Assembly (NCBI RefSeq): GCF_009914755.1 | Contig: NC_060933.1 | Length of the DNA stretch: 64,000 bases | Direction: 5' to 3' (one strand) | From: the human T2T-CHM13v2.0 reference genome, Homo sapiens | In this document: positions 56,431 to 64,000 of the stretch, piece after piece | How the letters are laid out: each line of letters begins with the position of its first letter | How positions within the stretch are numbered: the first letter of the stretch is position 1 | Notes under the pieces: model-generated | The model's database searches: none | Told to the model about the DNA's origin: nothing | What the model saw: only the letters and a program-made list of their open reading frames with translations | Made by a program: the position numbers and the translations under genes

Positions 56431-57512
56431 ATCACACAGGACCTATAAAACAAAAAATACAAGTTAAAAAGCAAAAACTAAAAACAAAAAAAACAAGGTA
56501 CACGGGCAACAAATAGCACAATGAATGCAATGGTACCTCACATCTCAATACTAACATTGAATGTAAATGGCCTAAATGCTCCACTTAAAAGATACAGAAC
56601 TGCAAAATGGGTAAGTACTCACCAACCAACTATCTGCTGCCTTCAGGAGACTCACCTAACACATAAGGACACACGTAAAGTAAAGGGATGAAAAAAGGCA
56701 TTTCATGAAAATGGACACCAAAAGCGAGCAGGGGTAGCTATTCTTGAATCAGACAAAACAAACTTTAAAGCAACAGCAGTTAAAAGAGACAATGAGGTAT
56801 ATTATATAATGGTAAAAGGCCTTGTCCAACAGGAAAATATCATAATCCTAAACATATATGTATCTAACACTGGAGGTACCAAATTTATAAAATGATTACT
56901 AATAGACCAAACAAATGAGATAGACAGCAACACAATAATAGTGGGGGACTTCAATACTCCGCTGACAGCACTAGACAGGTCATCAAGACAGAAAGTCAAC
57001 AAGAAACAATGAATTTAAACTATACTTTGGAACAAATAGACTTAACAGATATATACAGAACATTTCATCTAACAACCACAGAATATACATTCTATTCAAC
57101 TATGCATGGAACTTTCTCCAAGATAGACCATATGATAGGCCATAAAATGCACCTCAATAAACGTAAGAAAATTGAAATTATATCAAGCACTCTCTCAGAC
57201 CACAGTAGAATACAACTGGAAGTCAACTCCAAAAGGAATTTTCAAAACCATGAAAATACATGGAAATTAAATAAACTGCTCCTGAGAGAGCACTGGGTGA
57301 AAAATGATATCAAGATGGAAATGAAAAAATTCTTTGAACGGAATGACAATAATGAAACAACCTATCAAAACCTCTGGGATAAAGCAAAGATGGTGCTAAG
57401 AGGAAAGTTCATAGCCCTAAATGCCTACATCAAAAAGTATGAAAGAGCACAAACTGACATTCTAAGGAACTAGAATGTCTAAGGACCTCAAGGAACTAAA
57501 GAAACAAGAACA

Positions 57513-57824
<312 letters not shown>

Positions 57825-58535
57825 CAAGAACAAACCAAACCTAAACCTAGCACCTAGCAGAAAAAAAAATGAAATAACCAAACTCAGAGCAGGACTAAAT
57901 GATATTGAAACAAAAAAAAATACAAAAGATAAATCAAACAAAAAGCTGGTTCTTTGAAAAGATAAATACAATTGATAGACCATTAGCAAGATTAACCAAG
58001 AAAAAAAGAGAGAAAATCCAAATAGCCTCATTAAGAAATGAAACAGGAGATATTACAACTGACACCACTAAATTATAAAAGATCATTCAAGGCTACTATG
58101 AACACCTTTATGCACAAAAACTAGAAAACCTAGAAGGGAAGGATAAATTCTTGGAAAAATACAACCCTCCTACCTTAAATCAGGAAGAATTAGATACCCT
58201 GAACAGACCGATTACAAGCAGTGAGATTGAAATGGTAATTCAAAAATTGCCAGCAAAACATGTCCAGGAACAGACAGGTTCATAGCAGAATTCTACCAGA
58301 CACTCAAAGAAGAATTGGTACCAATATTTTTGACACATTCCACAAGATAGAGAAAGAAGGAACCCTCCCTAATTCATTCTATGAAGCCAGTATCACACTA
58401 ACACCAAAATCAGGAAAGAATGTAACCAAAAAAGAAAACTATAGACCATATCAATAACCTTGATGAACATAGATGCTAAAATTCTTAACAAAATACTAGC
58501 TAACCAAATCCAACGACATATCAAAAAGATAATCC

Positions 58536-58898
<363 letters not shown>

Positions 58899-61879
58899 TC
58901 AATAAATGCGATACACCACATAAACAGCATTAAAAACAAAAATCACATGATCATTTCAATAGATGCAGAAAAAACATTCGACAAAATCCAGCATTGCTTT
59001 ATGATTAAAACTCTCGGCAAAATTGGCATAGAAGGGACATACCTAAGTGTAATAAAAGCCATCTATGACAGACCCACAGCCAACATAATACTGAATGGGG
59101 AAAAGTTGAAAGCATTCCTTTTGAGAACTGGGACAAGACAAGGATGCCCACTCACATCACTCCTCTTCAACATAGTACTGGAAGTCCTAGCTAGAGCAAT
59201 CAGACAAAAGAAAGAAATAAAGGGCATCCAAATCAGTAAAGAGGAAGTCAAACTGTCACTGTTTGCTGATGATATGATTGTTTACCTTGAAAACCCTAAA
59301 GACTTTTCCAGAAAACTCCTAAAACTGATAAATAATTCAGCAAATTTCCCAGATACAAGATTAATGTACACAGATCAGTAGCTCTTCCATACACCAACAG
59401 TGAGCAAGCAGAGAATCAAATCAAAACTCAACCCCTTTTACAATAGCTGCAAAAAAATAAAATACTTAGGAATACACCTAACTAAGGAGATGAAAGACCT
59501 CTACGAGGAAAACTACAAAACACTGCTGAAAGAAATCATAAATGACACAAACAAATGGAAACACATCCCATGCTCATGGATGAGTAGAATCAATATTGTG
59601 AAAATGACCATACTGCCAAAAGCAATCTACAAATTCAATGCACTCCCCATCAAAATACTACCATCATTCTTCACAGTTAGAAAAAACAATTCTAAAATTC
59701 ATATGGAACCAAAAAGAAGCCCGCATAGCCAAAGCAAGACTCAGCAAAAAGAACAAATCTGGAGGCATCACACTACCTGATTTCAAACTGTACCATAAGG
59801 CCATAGGCAACAAAACAGCATGGTTCTGGTATAAAAATAGGCACATAGACCATTGGAACAGAATAGAGAACCCAGAAATAAAGCCAAATACTTACAGCCA
59901 ACTGGTCTTCGACAAAGCAAACAAAAACATGAAGAGAGGAAAAGACACCTTCTTCAACAAATGGTGCTGGGATAACTAGCTAGCCACATGTAAGAGAATG
60001 AAACCGGATCCTCATCTCTCACCTTATACAAAAATTGACTCAAGATGGATTAAGGACTTAAATCTAAGGCCTGAAACTATAAAGATTCTAGAAGATAACA
60101 TTGGAAAAACCCTTCTAGACATTAGCTTAGGCAATAATTTCATGAACAAGAACCCAAAAACAAATGCAATTAAAAAAAGATAAATAGTTGGGACTTGGTT
60201 AAACTAAAGAGCTTTTGCACAGCAAAAGGAACTGTCAGCAGAGTAAACAACACACAGAGTGGAAGAAAATCTTCACAATCTATACATCTGACAAAGGACT
60301 AATATCCAGAATCTACAATGAACTCAAACAAATCAGTAAGAAAAAAAACAAACAATACCACCAAAAACTAGACTAAGGACACGAATAGACAATTCTCAAA
60401 AGAAGTATACAAATGGCCGAAAAACATATGAAAAAATGCTCAACATCACTAATGATCAGGGAAATGCAAATCAAAACCACAATGCATTACCACCTTACTC
60501 CTGCAAGAATGGCCATAATCGAAAAGTCAAAAAAACAGTAGCTGTTGGCATGGATGTGGTGATCAGGGAACACTTCTACACTGCTGGTGGGAATGTAAAC
60601 TATTACAGCCACTATGGAAAACAGTGTGGAGATTCCTTAAAGAACTAAAATTTAGTTCTAGAACTAACTTTTGATCTAGAACTACCATTTGATCCAGCAA
60701 TCCTGCTACTGGGTATCTACCCAGAGGAAAAGAAGTCATTATATGAAAAAGATTATGGGCACAAGCATGTTTATAGTGGCACAATTCACAATTGCAAAAT
60801 TATGGAACCAATCCAAATGCCCACCAATCAACAAGTGGATAAAGAAACTGTGGCATATGATGGAATACTAATCAGCCATAAAAAGGAATGAATTAACGGA
60901 CTTTGCAGTGACCTGGATGAGACTGGAGGCTATTATTCTAAGTAAAGTAACTCAGGAATGGAAAACCAAACATTGTATGTTCTCACTGATATGTGGGAGC
61001 TAAGCTACGAGGACGCAAAGGCATAAGAATGATACAATGGACTCTGGGGACTTGGGAGGAAAGGTGGGAAGGGGGCGAGGGATAAAAGACTACAAATAGG
61101 GTGCAGTGTATACTGCTGGGGTGATGGGTGCACCAAAATCTTATAAATCACCACTAAAGAAATTACTCACGTAACCAAATACCACCTGTACCCCAATAAC
61201 TTATGGAAAAATAAAAAAATTAAAAAATACATTAAAAATAAATAAATAAAAAAGAATCACTCATGTCTCTTGGAGGAAATTCATCTCTTAAGTACCTTGA
61301 AGTGTCCTCAGACATGCAAGAGGATGTACCTTATTGTGCCCTTCAAACATCTAAGATAATGATTTGCAACAGACTTTCTCCCTTAAGAGAAAAATAGGCA
61401 TAGCTCTATAGGAATATTTTCTTGTCCATTCTTCAAGGAGTTTTGTGTGGCTGGATTGCATATTATAATGGCCGGAGTGCCTCAGGGAGTGTTAAATATT
61501 TGAATTGCTGCAGTAACTTATGCTGTCTGAATTGCATCCGGTACTCTGATTCTTCACATAGCTGGAAAAATTTGTCATATGTTTATGCTATTTTGACAGT
61601 AGCCGGACTGAAATAATTCAGAGGCAAGCCATATTTTTGCTTCACTGACCGACCTACCATGGAGCAGGGAGGTTCTTAGCGAGTCATTAAATAGCTGGAG
61701 CAAATGGCTTGGATAAAGGCATGTAGTGGGGCTACAAGAGAATCTTGTTTGATGGGTGATAAGGGCACAGGAAAGCAGAGGCTGCCATAATTGATAAATG
61801 CTGGGCACCAGTGAGTTATTTCATGCAGTGTCTGGGCAAGAAGAAACCTAAAAGTTCATCTAATCTGGAACTCCTCATT

Positions 61880-63210
61880 TAAAAATGGAAAGACTTCAAT
61901 GTAAGACTTGAAACCATAAAAATCCTAGAAGAAAATACAGGGAAAAAGCTACGTGACAAGGGTCTTGACGATGAGTTTTCTGGATATGACACCAAAAGCA
62001 CAGACAACGAAAGCAAAAATAAACAAGTGAGGCTACATCAAACCAAAAATTTCTGCATAACACAGGAAACAATCAACAAAATGAAAAGTCAACCTATGGA
62101 ATGGGAGAACGTATTTGCAAACCATATATCTGATAAGGGGTTAATATCCAAAATATATAAGGAACTCCTACAACTCAATAGCAAAAAACCAAATAACCCA
62201 ATTAAAAAACAGGCAAAAGACCTCAATAGACTTTTTTCCAAAGACATACAAATGGCCGCTAATCATCAGGGAAATGCGAAGCAAGACCACAATGAGATAA
62301 TGCCTCACACTTGTTGGGATGGGTGTTGTCAAGACAACAAAAGATAACGAGTGTTGTCAGGGTATGGAGAAAATGAAACCCTTGTGTACCATTTGTGGAC
62401 ATGTAAATTGGTAAGCCATTATGGAAAACAGCATGGAGATTCCTTAAAAAATTAAAAATAGAACTACCATATGATTCAGCAATTCTATTTTTTGGTATTT
62501 ATCCAAAGGAAACAAAATCAATATATTGAAAAGATACCTGCATTCCCACATTCATTGCAGCATTATTCACAACAGTCAAGATATAGGAAAAACCTAAATG
62601 CCTGTCAATAAATGAACTTATAAAGAAAATGTGGCATACACACACATATATATACACACACATACACACATATATATGCATACACACATATACATAAACA
62701 TAATGTAATATTCACCTTAAAAAAGAAGGAAATCCTGTTATATGCAACAACTTGGATGAACGTGAAAGACATTATTCTAAGTGAAATAAGTCAAACACAG
62801 AAAGGCAATTACTGCATAATCTCATGTATATGTAGAACCTAAAAACATCAAACTCATAGAAACAGAGTAGAAAGGTGGTTATTCAGGAGTCGAGGGAGGG
62901 GGAAACAGGGAGATGGTGGTCAAAGGGCACAAACTTTCACTTATAAGATGAACAGCTACTGGGGCCCTAATGTACAGCATGGTGATTAAAGTCAGTAACA
63001 ATGTAGTATATACTTGAAGTTTGCTAAGAGAGTAGATATTAAGTATTCTCACCACAGGGGAAAAGAAAGACAACTATATAAGGGATGGATATATTAATTA
63101 GCTTGATTGTGGTAATCATTTCACAATGCATACATCTACCAAAACCTCACATGTATACTGAAATATATATTATTTTTATAAATTATACATCAATAAAGCT
63201 GTAAATAAAA
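61880..63210 (+). mobile_element. 5'-truncated L1MA (MA8-MA10-like) with a (CA/TA)n tract at ~62635-62700
   Basis: ORF2 end (MEWENVFANHISDKGLISKIYKEL) and 3'UTR 'ctaatgtacagcatggtga...tttgctaagagagtagat...tcaataaagctg'. Confidence 0.88.
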
Positions 63211-63369
63211 AGAATTTTAAACTTATCTGACCCAAAGTTTGAATCTCTGGCTCAAGCATTTTTATGAGCTAAGTAGGGTCAGGTGCAATCTCATTTACGA
63301 ATAAGTAACTCAGTTGTCTGAGAGATTGTGCTGTCACAGGGTTTTCATACAGTTCTACTGAGTCAGGCA

Positions 63370-63945
63370 TTCAGACACTGTTGACTGCCTAGCCCAACTG
63401 TCATACCGCACTTCTTCCTGGCTAACAAAACTCTGATTTCATTCATGTGGCCACGTGTACAGGCCCAGATAATCAACTGTGGTTGGTGTGAACCAGTCAT
63501 GACAACCCCATGTCCTTTCATCAGTTATTTACTCAGAGTTGAACAGGTGATCCAGTTCTGACCATTGAGACATATGGAGAAGTTACTGTGGAGTTCTGTA
63601 AAAGGAATCTCTGCCCCCATCCCCACCTCCATTAACACAGAGATAAAGGGGAAGAAACTCATTTTGCTTTCTAACCTGCACCCTCACTTCCTACTTTTGA
63701 GGTTATTCCATTAGAAAATGATGCTTGGAGCTGCAGCAGCCATTTTGTGACTATGAGGAGAGACACTGCATACAAACTGAGGATGGTAGAGCCAAAGGAC
63801 CAAAGGAATCACAATCTTTGATGGCACTGTCTAGCTGGAAACCAAACCTGAATCCTCACACCCCTAGATAGCCTAATCCAAAAGCAAATGACCTTAGAGT
63901 TTAAGCCATTCATGAGGAGATTTATGTTACTTGCACTACCCTTAT
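63370..63945 (+). mobile_element. MLT1K/J-like MaLR LTR
   Basis: 'gtgatccagttctgaccattgaga', 'tgatgcttggagctgcagcagccattttgtgactatgagg', 'tttaagcca...tgttacttgca'. Confidence 0.75.
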
Positions 63946-64000
63946 TTTAAGGATATACTAAGAAAACTTTCAATGACGGCTAAAACTTTGAAAAATAATT

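Noticed and set aside
61046-61082. G-quadruplex-like tract (also ~31565-31606)
   Set aside because: Normal G-rich polypurine tract of L1 3'UTRs

Overview
Primate (human-like) nuclear DNA: AT-rich, CpG-depleted and dominated by interspersed repeats. No intact protein-coding gene, tRNA/rRNA gene, CpG island or CRISPR array is recognisable, so the window is probably intergenic or deep intronic. Main content: two near-full-length, decayed + strand LINE-1s (L1MA1-like at 24331-31759; L1PB1-like at 54963-61251 with two Alus inside ORF2), several truncated L1s, 15 Alu/FLAM copies, ERVL/MaLR LTRs (MLT1, MLT2, MST, LTR16-like), DNA-transposon fossils (MER2, MER44, MER53, MER58A, MER5A, MER112, MER63A), many L2/MIR fragments and microsatellites. 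Subfamily names come from recalled consensus sequences, not a database search. I found no new multi-gene biological system. The most unusual signals are mechanistic fossils: an L1PB1 whose 5'UTR looks spliced (intron removed before insertion), three fold-back template-switch scars inside the L1s, an antisense Alu whose tail appears inverted, an L1MA1 lacking its 3' end yet bounded by TSDs, an orphan ~90 bp AT-rich palindrome, an MLT2A1 LTR with two DUX4-like sites, and a few unique motif-rich candidate enhancers.
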